From positions 32,001-96,000 of the IMG/VR virus record IMGVR_UViG_3300026382_000009: a DNA stretch of 64,000 nucleotides, one strand, 5' to 3'. Below, piece by piece: positions 10,190 through 19,656 of this stretch (positions are counted from its first letter, which is position 1; each line of letters starts with the position of its first letter). The translations under genes and the position numbers were made by a program. The DNA comes from a virus. Below the pieces are notes generated by a model. The model made no database searches. It was not told the DNA's origin and saw only the letters and a list, made by a program, of their open reading frames with translations.

Positions 10190-10789
10190 TTATTTACCTG
10201 TAAAAGTGCCAGCATCTAATGTGTCTATAAAAATTAAACCATCTTCTGTGTCATTTACTATTACAAGTTTTCCCGCATGACCAGAATAACTTGAAGGTGT
10301 ATCCTCAATTTCAATAAATTTTTCTATATTAACTTTAAACCATAAAGGATTTTCAGGATCATTACTTCTTTGTACGTATAATCTTAATTCTTTTGTATTT
10401 AACCAATGTGTTCCCGGATTATAACCTGTATCACTAGAAGTAGGATCAGTTTCAGATAATTTTAAAGAACCACCTACACCATTCCAAACTTTCCACCAGT
10501 TTGTATCTGATAATTCATGACCTTTGTTATTATCTTTTAAAGATTTGTATAAAGTATCAGAATTAGGATCTTTTACTATATCACCTTTAGAATAAACTTT
10601 GTTTTTATCATATATTTCAGGATTTCCTAAAAGAGCATTTATATTTCCCCAATTTAATTCAACTCTATCTCTTAATTTTAAAACATTTTCTTGTATTTGT
10701 ATTAAAGGTCTATTAGTGACTGGAGCATTTATTTTTTCACCATCTATAATATATTGAGGAACAACGTATGGTAAATTTATTTGTGGCAT
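10190..10789 (-). CDS. Proximal tail fibre/baseplate attachment protein with CBM5/12-like motif
   Basis: DGE...A...NRPL N-terminus; YDKNKVYSKGDIV....LYKSLKDNNKG....NWW; DTPSSYSGHAGKLV.VN. Confidence 0.55.
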   Translation of the reverse strand: MPQINLPYVVPQYIIDGEKINAPVTNRPLIQIQENVLKLRDRVELNWGNINALLGNPEIYDKNKVYSKGDIVKDPNSDTLYKSLKDNNKGHELSDTNWWKVWNGVGGSLKLSETDPTSSDTGYNPGTHWLNTKELRLYVQRSNDPENPLWFKVNIEKFIEIEDTPSSYSGHAGKLVIVNDTEDGLIFIDTLDAGTFTGK

Positions 10790-10798
10790 TATTTCTCC

Positions 10799-11311
10799 TT
10801 AAAAACTTAATATGTAGTCTATTTCAATTCGTGTTTCATTGTCTTTGATAATTGGTTTAACTTTTCGTGTCCAAATATTATCATTTTTATCAGCTAATCC
10901 AAATTCACACCAAAGTTTCCTGTTAAAATCGGGATTAGTGTTATCATTAGCTTCATTTTCTGTTATTACAAAAGAAAATTTAATTGCCGGATAACCATTT
11001 TCATCTGTTATTTTAATTTTTGATTTGTATTCTTTACTGAAAAATGTATTGATTAAATCAGTATCTGAAGCTTTAGGTTGTTCTAAATTTGAACAATCAC
11101 TTGATAAAGTTTTATTCATATCACCAATTTTTAATTTGGTGATTAAATTATCTGTGTCACCAAATGCAAGATTTCTTACAAATTCTCTTGATTGAATAAC
11201 AACTATATTTTCATCAGAAAATTGATCTACTAATTTTCCTTTTTTATAAATACGAAAAATTAATGTTCCTTTCATATCAATAGAAAAATTTTTTTCGTCT
11301 TTTATTTGCAT
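10799..11311 (-). CDS. Baseplate / tail-collar fibre attachment protein
   Basis: N+VV, EAN...EFGL...RK...I.KD pattern; follows wedge genes. Confidence 0.55.
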   Translation of the reverse strand: MQIKDEKNFSIDMKGTLIFRIYKKGKLVDQFSDENIVVIQSREFVRNLAFGDTDNLITKLKIGDMNKTLSSDCSNLEQPKASDTDLINTFFSKEYKSKIKITDENGYPAIKFSFVITENEANDNTNPDFNRKLWCEFGLADKNDNIWTRKVKPIIKDNETRIEIDYILSF

Positions 11312-12208
11312 TTATACCTCCAATGTTTCTGTATAAGTGAATGTTTCATCACCATAATGAATATCTAAATCAATATTGTAAAAAGTATTTTTAACTGGAT
11401 CACCATAAACTAAATCATTACGTCCATAAACTAAATTGAAAGTTCTTGTTATGCTTATAGTAGCTTTGTCATTCATTTCTAAAGGACCATATCCATATGT
11501 TAATCCACTTCCATATGTTAAATCGCTACCATAAGCTAATAAAGAATAATCTTTAACATTTTGTGTTAATAAAGCTTTAAAAGTAGTATATAAAGTATAA
11601 TTATATCTGTCAATAAATAGAAGTCTTATTTTCATATATTGTAGAGCTGTGCAAAAATATAATCTGTTTTCCAAGATTTTCTTTAGAACTTCTTTAGTTT
11701 TGGTCAAATCTACAATACCTTCTAATTTATCTACATTAATATTAGCTTCTGCTCCTATGTTACAATCTTTTAATCCTCCAATATTTTCACCGTAATGATA
11801 ATCATTTCCATAAAATAAATTTTCTTGTCCATAAAAAATTGTTGTTCCATCTGATTCTATTATAGATAAATCTATTCCAGCGATCTTAGTTAGATATAAC
11901 AAATCTGTTAAAGTTCCTTTAAATGTAAATAACGATTTTAAAAATTCTATTGATATTTTTTCTGTTTTTATACCAGGTAATGTATTTATAATTTGTTCTA
12001 AATCTAATTGTTTTAATGTTTCATCTAAATCTTCGCCTATAATAGAAGGTTTTTTATACAAAAATTTAGATAATAATGCTGCAGTTGTATTTGTTAAATT
12101 AGGATTTATATTTTCTAGTAACTCTTTTTCTGCATCTGTATCTTTTAAAATATCTTTAAATTGTTCAGGAACCAATTTAAAAATGTCATCATTCTGTGGC
12201 AAAGGCAT
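11312..12208 (-). CDS. Baseplate wedge protein (gpI/gp7-like)
   Basis: FKGT..DL motif and YG repeats (YGSDLTYGSGLTYG); downstream of gp6-like gene. Confidence 0.55.
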   Translation of the reverse strand: MPLPQNDDIFKLVPEQFKDILKDTDAEKELLENINPNLTNTTAALLSKFLYKKPSIIGEDLDETLKQLDLEQIINTLPGIKTEKISIEFLKSLFTFKGTLTDLLYLTKIAGIDLSIIESDGTTIFYGQENLFYGNDYHYGENIGGLKDCNIGAEANINVDKLEGIVDLTKTKEVLKKILENRLYFCTALQYMKIRLLFIDRYNYTLYTTFKALLTQNVKDYSLLAYGSDLTYGSGLTYGYGPLEMNDKATISITRTFNLVYGRNDLVYGDPVKNTFYNIDLDIHYGDETFTYTETLEV

Positions 12209-12209
12209 T

Positions 12210-13862
12210 TTAATCTCCTGGTTCTAAATACTCAATTTCCAAATTAAATTTATAATATGTATCCGGTTTAGCTTTTAAATTAAATGTGTCTTGATTAGGC
12301 AATACATAATCAATAGGCTGAATAATGTTATTATTTTCATCTAAAATTGTTATTTGTGCAATTTTTGATAACATTTCACCATAATAAAAAGGTTTATTTA
12401 AAACAAGTTCATATTCATTAATAATTTTCCTTATTTTATCTGTTACAACAGATTGATAATTAGGATTAACTAAGCTAATTTTTAATTTTATTGTATAATC
12501 TTCTTTTTTAGCTGGTTGTAAAATAATTTGTGTTCCAACAAGTTTATATTGTTTTATATATTTTGATAATTCTAATTGTTCGCTTCCTGAAAGCATTATA
12601 GGCTCATCAATTACATTATATTTAATATAATAACAATTCAAAGAACAACATGGAGCTTTAACAAATGGTTGTATCACAGAATTAACTAAATTATCTGAAA
12701 CTTCAATTTTAAATTCACAAACATCAGTGTTATTTTGTTTAATTTCTATAAATTCTGGTTTTAATTCTATCATTATGTTAGAATCATTTTTTAAAGTTTC
12801 ATATAATTTATTTAAAACACTTTCATAAGTGTCACTTTCATCACTTTTGACAGTATAAGTATTATTTTGAATAGTAATAGTATATGTTTGATTAGTTATT
12901 TTATCATCTTGTGGATATAAATTTGAAATATATGGCTTAGATTTTATTTTTTCTACCGCACAATCTTTGATTAATTCATGTGCCTTTATAATATATTCAT
13001 GATCTTCTTTTGTTACCATTCTTCTCAAAGAGCTAAAATATAATGGAGCTAAAAATCTAACTTTTTCAATATTATCTCCATTAGTTCCAAATGTAGATAT
13101 TTCTATTGGTATAACTCTTTCATCTAATTGTAAATCTTGTAATTTTACATCTAATTTTCCATCTGTTTCTACCCAAGTATATTTTAATGTATCATTTTCT
13201 AATAAATCCAATCCATAATAATTTTGTTTATCCATAACAAAAAGATTTAAAGATGTAAAATCAATTGATAAATCAACTGGTTTTCTAAAAATAACATAAT
13301 CTTCTATATTATGGCTTATGTCTTTTTGAATATTATTAACATACAAATGAACAGCATTGTTGTCTATTGATTTTAAAAAGAAAGGTTTTAATTCTTTGAC
13401 AATATATTCTGATGTTACTTTTTCTTCAAAAGAATTAAATTTACCTATATATAAATCAAATTCATCACCTGCTTCGTATTTTTTTGTTGGACCAAAATAG
13501 AAAATATCATAATCTCCGTATGAACCAAATTTTTCACCATCACCAAGTAATAATGTTTTTTCTGTTTGAAGTTTAACTTTAACACGTGGAGCTGTAAATC
13601 TGTTTAATCTATAACCTAATAAACGTGCTAATCTAATAATAGAACTATCTAATTGAGCTTCTTGAATATAATTTTCATTTCTCCAAGCTCTATATTTGTA
13701 TGTTTCATATGTTCCAAAAGAAGCTATTAGATTTAGTAATAAATCTAATGTAGATGCATCTATATTATCTTGTATTATATCCCAATTGGATAATGATTTT
13801 AGATAATTGTATAAATCTTCTTTTATTTTTTGTTGAGATATACTTTGTAAATTTACAGCCAT
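12210..13862 (-). CDS. gp6: Baseplate wedge protein gp6-like
   Basis: ENYIQEAQLDSSIIRLARLLGY and APLYFSSLRRMVTKEDHE motifs. Confidence 0.8.
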   Translation of the reverse strand: MAVNLQSISQQKIKEDLYNYLKSLSNWDIIQDNIDASTLDLLLNLIASFGTYETYKYRAWRNENYIQEAQLDSSIIRLARLLGYRLNRFTAPRVKVKLQTEKTLLLGDGEKFGSYGDYDIFYFGPTKKYEAGDEFDLYIGKFNSFEEKVTSEYIVKELKPFFLKSIDNNAVHLYVNNIQKDISHNIEDYVIFRKPVDLSIDFTSLNLFVMDKQNYYGLDLLENDTLKYTWVETDGKLDVKLQDLQLDERVIPIEISTFGTNGDNIEKVRFLAPLYFSSLRRMVTKEDHEYIIKAHELIKDCAVEKIKSKPYISNLYPQDDKITNQTYTITIQNNTYTVKSDESDTYESVLNKLYETLKNDSNIMIELKPEFIEIKQNNTDVCEFKIEVSDNLVNSVIQPFVKAPCCSLNCYYIKYNVIDEPIMLSGSEQLELSKYIKQYKLVGTQIILQPAKKEDYTIKLKISLVNPNYQSVVTDKIRKIINEYELVLNKPFYYGEMLSKIAQITILDENNNIIQPIDYVLPNQDTFNLKAKPDTYYKFNLEIEYLEPGD

Positions 13863-13863
13863 T

Positions 13864-14223
13864 TTATTTTGCCTTCATTTTTAATGTTTTGTTATAATCT
13901 ATAATTTCTTGAATTTTATCTATTTTTATGGATAAATTTATATCATATTCTTGACTATCAGGATTAAAATCTACTGATATATTTTCTACAGTAACCATCG
14001 GTAACCATCTTGCTATAGCTCTTTCAATTTCTAATTCTATTTTTTTAGCAACTAAAAAAGAATATGGTTCAAACAAGTAATTTTCTAAATAAGTTCCAAA
14101 AGCTCTATTAAAAGGAACTTCACCAACTCTTATAGATAAAAGATTATCTAAATAATTTAATACAGCATTTTTATTATATAAATCTTTTCCATTTAAACTT
14201 ATATCTTGATATACAATCTTCAT
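13864..14223 (-). CDS. gp25: Baseplate wedge/sheath initiator gp25-like
   Basis: NLLSIRVGEVPFNRAFGT.L..YLFEP...AIARWLP. Confidence 0.85.
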   Translation of the reverse strand: MKIVYQDISLNGKDLYNKNAVLNYLDNLLSIRVGEVPFNRAFGTYLENYLFEPYSFLVAKKIELEIERAIARWLPMVTVENISVDFNPDSQEYDINLSIKIDKIQEIIDYNKTLKMKAK

Positions 14224-14224
14224 T

Positions 14225-14515
14225 TTACGCCTTTACATTTGATGAACATCCTAATGCACTTCCACCACAACTTATTGGATCACCTATACGAGATATAGGG
14301 ATACCATTAGCTTTTACAGTCGGATTACCAACTGCTTGAACAGCCCCATGTGATTCTGGAATAGGACAACAACAATGTGGTGGATAAACATCTCCAATTC
14401 TAGCAACGGGAATATTATTAGCAAATACATTAGGACTTCCTGTAACAACAGGCCTTGGAGGCCAACAACCATGTCCTGTTCCTATATCACCTAATCTATG
14501 AACAAATGCTCCCAT
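14225..14515 (-). CDS. PAAR spike-tip protein (gp5.4-like)
   Basis: RLGDIGTGHGCWPP..VTGSPNVFANNIPVARIGD...PISRIGD..SCG. Confidence 0.9.
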   Translation of the reverse strand: MGAFVHRLGDIGTGHGCWPPRPVVTGSPNVFANNIPVARIGDVYPPHCCCPIPESHGAVQAVGNPTVKANGIPISRIGDPISCGGSALGCSSNVKA

Positions 14516-14522
14516 TTTAACC

Positions 14523-15287
14523 TCAGTTATGATCTATACTTGGCGCAATTGTTTTATGTAAAACAGCACTTGTTGAAATATCAGGTCCTCCTATATTTGA
14601 TGTTCTAAATCCACCAACAATATTGGCCATATTTCCAGAGACTAGAATATCTAAGTTACCTTTTACTTTCAACGTATAATCTTTTTCTATAACTTGTTTT
14701 AAACTTCCAACACAATGAAAAGTCATATTTCCATCTTTATCAATTTTTATTCTAGTTCCTGAAGAATGTGTTAAATCAATAGAATTTTTTAATAAATTTA
14801 CTTTATAATAATTACCATTAATATCTCTAAATCCATAAGAATATGGATAATCTTCTTTTAAAGAATAATGACTATCTTCTAAATTTTCTGGATTTGTTAC
14901 TACACCTGTAACAATTGGCTCTTTATAAAATATATTTTCACTCCCAGAAACACCTCCGGTAGGCTCTAAGACCTCATTATCAATTTGATATTTAGATATA
15001 TATGCATCTTTTATTTTTTCCTCTGCGATGCTCTCTTGAATTTCTGATGAATTTTTTAATTGTGTCATAGATTCAGAACTTATTTTAGAAACTAAATCAG
15101 TTGTTTTAGATAAACTGTCAGAACTTTGTATAACTGTATCAGATACTTGATTTATTTCATCAGAAATTGTTTCAATATCTTCGTCTGTCCAACCATAATC
15201 ATTTTTTAATGTATTTATTATTTCTTGTTTATAATTATCTAATTCAAAAATACTTCTAACTTCACTGTTAATCCATTCAATATTCAT
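14523..15287 (-). CDS. Central spike beta-helix (gp5 C-terminal-like)
   Basis: YPYS...THSSGTRIKIDKDG followed by V.G repeats; adjacent to PAAR. Confidence 0.7.
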   Translation of the reverse strand: MNIEWINSEVRSIFELDNYKQEIINTLKNDYGWTDEDIETISDEINQVSDTVIQSSDSLSKTTDLVSKISSESMTQLKNSSEIQESIAEEKIKDAYISKYQIDNEVLEPTGGVSGSENIFYKEPIVTGVVTNPENLEDSHYSLKEDYPYSYGFRDINGNYYKVNLLKNSIDLTHSSGTRIKIDKDGNMTFHCVGSLKQVIEKDYTLKVKGNLDILVSGNMANIVGGFRTSNIGGPDISTSAVLHKTIAPSIDHN

Positions 15288-15341
15288 TTATAAACCTTAA
15301 TTTATTCATTAATGATTTAACAATAATCTAATAATATTAAT

Positions 15342-17294
15342 CTAATAACATTTAATATTTTTAGAACTGAAATAAGGAATATTTAAACTTATATCTGTTA
15401 TTTCAAAATTAAATGTTGGAGTAGATAATCCTATATCAAATGGTTTACAATTAGATGTATCTAACATGTTTATAATATTATTTACTGTATTTTCTGCACT
15501 TTCTTTTAAATTTTCAATAACTCTATCAACTTCTTGATGTATTATATCAGATATTTCTTGTTTTTTATTTTCAAAATATTCTTGAAATTTTTTAGATGCT
15601 GTTTCAGCAAATTGTTTAGCTTTATCTTTGTCTAATTTTTGAAAAACAGAACCATATAATGAATTAACCAAATAAGATTGATAACCTTTTATATTGTTTT
15701 CATATGTATTTTCAAATTTTTCTTTCAATTCTTCCTTTATATGTTTTATTTTTTCATTTAAATCATTTAATGAATTACGTTTTCTTTTTAATTTGTCTAT
15801 AAATGTTGTAACAGCGTTTATAGCTTTTTCGACTGTTTTAACAATTGATGCTATAAAACATAAAACAGATTTAATAGAACATATAATAGTATTTATAACT
15901 GCTAAAATAGCTTCAAATGGTGTCACTAATAAATTTAAAAGACTTCCAATAGTTTTTCTTGGATTATTTATAAAAGAAATAACACCTACTATTGTTCCTA
16001 ATCCTATAAGTAAATTTTGTATTTTTTCTTTACTTCCAAATAATAAATTATTTATATTATTTAATTTATTTTTAGCACTTTCAATAAATTTTTTTAAATC
16101 ATTTTTGAAAGCTAAAATAATAGATGAAGTAATAGCACCAAACATAAGGATTTGTTTTTCTTTATTTTGTAGTGCTATTAATTTTGATTGAATTTCATTT
16201 GCATTATTTTTTAATTCATCTGCAATATTTTTCATTTTTCCATACGAACTTGATAAAGTTTTATAACTGTTATTTAATTTACTGTATTGTTCTTGTGTTA
16301 TATCTTTGTTTTTTTCTATTTCTGATTTAATTGAATTAAGTGTGTTAGTTTCTATTTCTAACAATGAATTGAAGTCATCTAATTCTTTAGTTAATTCTTC
16401 AGATTTCAATGTTTTAATATAAATAATAATTCTGTTTGTTTCTTGTTCGTCTAAATATAATAAACTTGATGATAATTCTGTTATATTGTTTACAGATTCT
16501 TGAAAAGAAGTATAATATTTATCTCTATCATATAATGTTGATGAGTATTTTCCAAATTTAGAAAATGTGTTTATAAATAAATTTGAATAAAAATTTATTT
16601 TTTTATCCAATTTTGATAAATCTAATTGACTTTGTAATTTAAGAATTTCTTTTGTATATTCTTTTAATTCATTCGCTAAATTAAGTTTTGTATTTAAAAA
16701 ATTGTAAAAAGTAGTTTTACTGTTAAAATAATTTTGGAGTAAATCTCTGTATTTTTCACTTTCTTTTGTTAGATAATAAAAATTTATTTCTATATTTTTA
16801 TTTTTTAAAAATTCCTCATATAATGTTTTTTCATCACTATCTGGTAAGTTTTTAACATATTCTTTAATCTCTTTTTTGTTTATGTTACATTTGTTATACA
16901 AATCAAAAGGATAATACAAATTTATTTTATCACATTTAAAATTTATTTCAGAATTAATATCTGTAAGTTTATAAAGATTTTCTATTGTATTGTATTTTTG
17001 TAATGCAAGATAATCTGTATAATAATCATAAAAATATTTTAATGATTTTAATGTAAATATAAGTTCTTCATTTGTTGCTTTAGAGATAGCTTGATTTAAT
17101 AATGTATTCAAAAGCTCTTTATCTATCGAATAAGAATTAAAAAAATCATTTATTTCAGGTGTTAAATTATTGATAAGATAATCATTTTCATCTATTATAG
17201 ATGTATTTATAAAATAATCTAATGATTTCAATAATCCAGATAAACTTGTTCCTGTATGATATATATTATTTCCTAAATTATTCAAAATCATCAA
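15342..17294 (-). CDS. Helical protein with hydrophobic segments in the spike locus
   Basis: Coiled-coil with hydrophobic stretches ILMFGAITSSIILAF, LLIGLGTIVGVISFI. Confidence 0.5.
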   Translation of the reverse strand: MMILNNLGNNIYHTGTSLSGLLKSLDYFINTSIIDENDYLINNLTPEINDFFNSYSIDKELLNTLLNQAISKATNEELIFTLKSLKYFYDYYTDYLALQKYNTIENLYKLTDINSEINFKCDKINLYYPFDLYNKCNINKKEIKEYVKNLPDSDEKTLYEEFLKNKNIEINFYYLTKESEKYRDLLQNYFNSKTTFYNFLNTKLNLANELKEYTKEILKLQSQLDLSKLDKKINFYSNLFINTFSKFGKYSSTLYDRDKYYTSFQESVNNITELSSSLLYLDEQETNRIIIYIKTLKSEELTKELDDFNSLLEIETNTLNSIKSEIEKNKDITQEQYSKLNNSYKTLSSSYGKMKNIADELKNNANEIQSKLIALQNKEKQILMFGAITSSIILAFKNDLKKFIESAKNKLNNINNLLFGSKEKIQNLLIGLGTIVGVISFINNPRKTIGSLLNLLVTPFEAILAVINTIICSIKSVLCFIASIVKTVEKAINAVTTFIDKLKRKRNSLNDLNEKIKHIKEELKEKFENTYENNIKGYQSYLVNSLYGSVFQKLDKDKAKQFAETASKKFQEYFENKKQEISDIIHQEVDRVIENLKESAENTVNNIINMLDTSNCKPFDIGLSTPTFNFEITDISLNIPYFSSKNIKCY

Positions 17295-17627
17295 TTATCC
17301 TTTTAATTCTGGAGGAGTGTTAGGTAATTGAAACGAAACAATTCCATTATAAATATCTCTGTAAGGAAATTCTACAAAAACTTTTGTTCCAATTCTTGGT
17401 ATTCGTCCTTGTTGATTATATGTGTCTGATGGTATTTGCTTAACAACATACCAAGGTAATAACTCTTTAGAAATTTTGTCTGTTAATCCTGGTATTGAAA
17501 CTTTAACTCTGAATAAAGGATAACCTGTGTTTTTGTAACCTTTATCAGTAACATCAACAACTGTTCCAACATAATAATTGTCAAGTATATGTTCATTAAA
17601 AAGTTTTTCTTTTAATTTTACATTCAT
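17295..17627 (-). CDS. Stand-alone gp5 N-terminal OB-fold protein
   Basis: YVGTVVDVTD...RVKVSIPGL...LPW...IPRIGTKVFVEF. Confidence 0.75.
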   Translation of the reverse strand: MNVKLKEKLFNEHILDNYYVGTVVDVTDKGYKNTGYPLFRVKVSIPGLTDKISKELLPWYVVKQIPSDTYNQQGRIPRIGTKVFVEFPYRDIYNGIVSFQLPNTPPELKG

Positions 17628-18661
17628 AATAAATAATCCCTTGCTAATCTCAATGTAGTTTGAACATTTTTATTGGTTATATTCAAATCTTTCTGTAAAA
17701 TTATATAATTACCATTCAATGATAAATTATCATTATTTTCATTTTTTATAAAAACACCGTCACAAATATTACATATTTCATCTGATATATAATAATTATG
17801 TTTAGTAATGATATTTAACCTTTGTATATCAATCCATGTAGAAATATTTTTAGAAAATGTTGCATAATAATCTTCATAACAATTTCCACAGTTTATAATA
17901 GGAGAAAAATTTTTATTATCTGTGTCTACTACTAAAGAACTTTTTCCTTTTGTGTTATAAAAAACATATCCTTGATGTAAAATGTCTATTACAGGTAGTT
18001 GTTTTCCATCAGAAAAGAAAAAAGCATTAGCATTATCACTTTCTATTTGATATTGATCTATTTTTAAACTTTTTTCATCAGCTAATGAAAAAATAGCTCT
18101 TGTTTGTTTTAATGCATTTTTCACATCATCTACAACTAAAGAATTTGATAATGTAAATCCATAAATAGGACTTGATAATGTTTTCATATATGGTATACTT
18201 TCATCAATAAATTGTTTTTCTGTGCAATACTGTATCCAAACTTGATAATCTTGACTTTCTGTTCTTATGTCAGGTCTGGCAAATTTTATTTGTTTAAGAA
18301 ATTCTGATAATGTTGTTTTTTCAGCCCTTTGATAAGTTTTATGCATTAAATCCCATAAATCTGTTAATCCAGAAATTCTTATAGTAAATTCTTGATTTCC
18401 AATTGCTTGAATAGTATAATTTACAAGAATTAATTGATGTTTTGACAAATTATCAGGACTATATCCTAAAAACAATTTAATTTTATCATAAGCTTTTAAT
18501 TTATGAATAAAATCTATATTTGTAGTTTTTATTGATAATTCAAAATATGGTATTGTTCCAAAAGCTTTTTGAGTGACAACAAAAAAATTAAACATTGAAA
18601 TGTTATTTATTTTAATTCCATTTATTTCAAAATAAAAATAAAGATTTTGAATTTGAATCAC
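17624..18661 (-). CDS. Baseplate hub protein (gp27-like)
   Basis: Size and synteny (between LysM/gp53 and gp5); C-terminal LNGNYII...L.LAR. Confidence 0.55.
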   Translation of the reverse strand: MIQIQNLYFYFEINGIKINNISMFNFFVVTQKAFGTIPYFELSIKTTNIDFIHKLKAYDKIKLFLGYSPDNLSKHQLILVNYTIQAIGNQEFTIRISGLTDLWDLMHKTYQRAEKTTLSEFLKQIKFARPDIRTESQDYQVWIQYCTEKQFIDESIPYMKTLSSPIYGFTLSNSLVVDDVKNALKQTRAIFSLADEKSLKIDQYQIESDNANAFFFSDGKQLPVIDILHQGYVFYNTKGKSSLVVDTDNKNFSPIINCGNCYEDYYATFSKNISTWIDIQRLNIITKHNYYISDEICNICDGVFIKNENNDNLSLNGNYIILQKDLNITNKNVQTTLRLARDYLL

Positions 18662-18945
18662 TGTTTATACTCCGTAATTAAAGTTATCAATTCCATTTTG
18701 TCTGGTATCTCTATAATATCTTTTTGTATATTAAAAGGATTAAGAATCTTGTTGTAAATAGCTATAACCCACCATAATGACTCATCACCATATTCATTAA
18801 ACGCTATCTCATCTAAATGTTCTCCTGCATAAGGAATAGATTTTTGTATATTTAATTCTCTTAATTGTTTTACAAATGGACTATCTAATTCATCATAAAT
18901 TTTAGCTGCATTATTGTATTTTAAATAATCTTCCATTAAAACCAT
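18658..18945 (-). CDS. Baseplate wedge gp53/LysM-like protein
   Basis: LDEIAFNEYGDESLWWVIAIYN.I.NPF. Confidence 0.75.
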   Translation of the reverse strand: MVLMEDYLKYNNAAKIYDELDSPFVKQLRELNIQKSIPYAGEHLDEIAFNEYGDESLWWVIAIYNKILNPFNIQKDIIEIPDKMELITLITEYKQ

Positions 18946-18946
18946 T

Positions 18947-19654
18947 TTATACCTTTATCATTTTTGCAACATCATCAGCTGTTAATACTCTATAAGATTC
19001 AAATGAACATGTCCATTTTATATAAAGCGGTTTTCCTTCCATATCTATAATAGTACTTATTTCAGGTGTAGAACTTGTAAGATATAATCCACATGTTTTA
19101 AACCAATCACCTATAGTAACACAAATTAAACTTTTATCAAAAATTCTAAAGTTAGGTGTTTTAGATAATGGATTTATCAGTTCTTTTGCAATAGAAGGAT
19201 CATACAAATGAGAAAACATTAAATTACCATTTGTTCTTATATCAGGTTGTGTTAATAAGGCAATTTGTCTCAAAATTTCAGTTACTTTTTTCGGATTGCC
19301 AAATTTACCTATATAAATATTCATAGATAAAGAAAAACTCAATCTATTTGAACTTTCATAAGTATTTATAGTTGAGTTAATTGAGTGGAATTGATCAACA
19401 ATTCCACTACTTATGTTTCCAAACATTTTTGTGAGTCCTGCTTTAAAAACTCCTTTTATACCACCTTCAAGTCCTTGTGTCGCTAAACTTGAAGAATAAT
19501 TTGCTCCCATAGGTAAAGAGATACTTTCTGCGTCAATTACTCCTGCTAATCTAACTTTCGCATGTTCACACGTGACAGTAATTATATAATCTTTAATTTC
19601 TTCTTCATTTAATAAATTTGTATAACTTTGTGTTAATGATTGTGACATTGTCAT
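18947..19654 (-). CDS. Tail tube initiator/baseplate cap-like protein
   Basis: Synteny after the tape measure gene; V.IGDWF...G.P...SF pattern. Confidence 0.45.
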   Translation of the reverse strand: MTMSQSLTQSYTNLLNEEEIKDYIITVTCEHAKVRLAGVIDAESISLPMGANYSSSLATQGLEGGIKGVFKAGLTKMFGNISSGIVDQFHSINSTINTYESSNRLSFSLSMNIYIGKFGNPKKVTEILRQIALLTQPDIRTNGNLMFSHLYDPSIAKELINPLSKTPNFRIFDKSLICVTIGDWFKTCGLYLTSSTPEISTIIDMEGKPLYIKWTCSFESYRVLTADDVAKMIKV

Positions 19655-19656
19655 TT

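Noticed and set aside
15288-15341. In-frame fusion of the 650-aa gene with the spike beta-helix gene
   Set aside because: The 54-nt gap contains several in-frame stops
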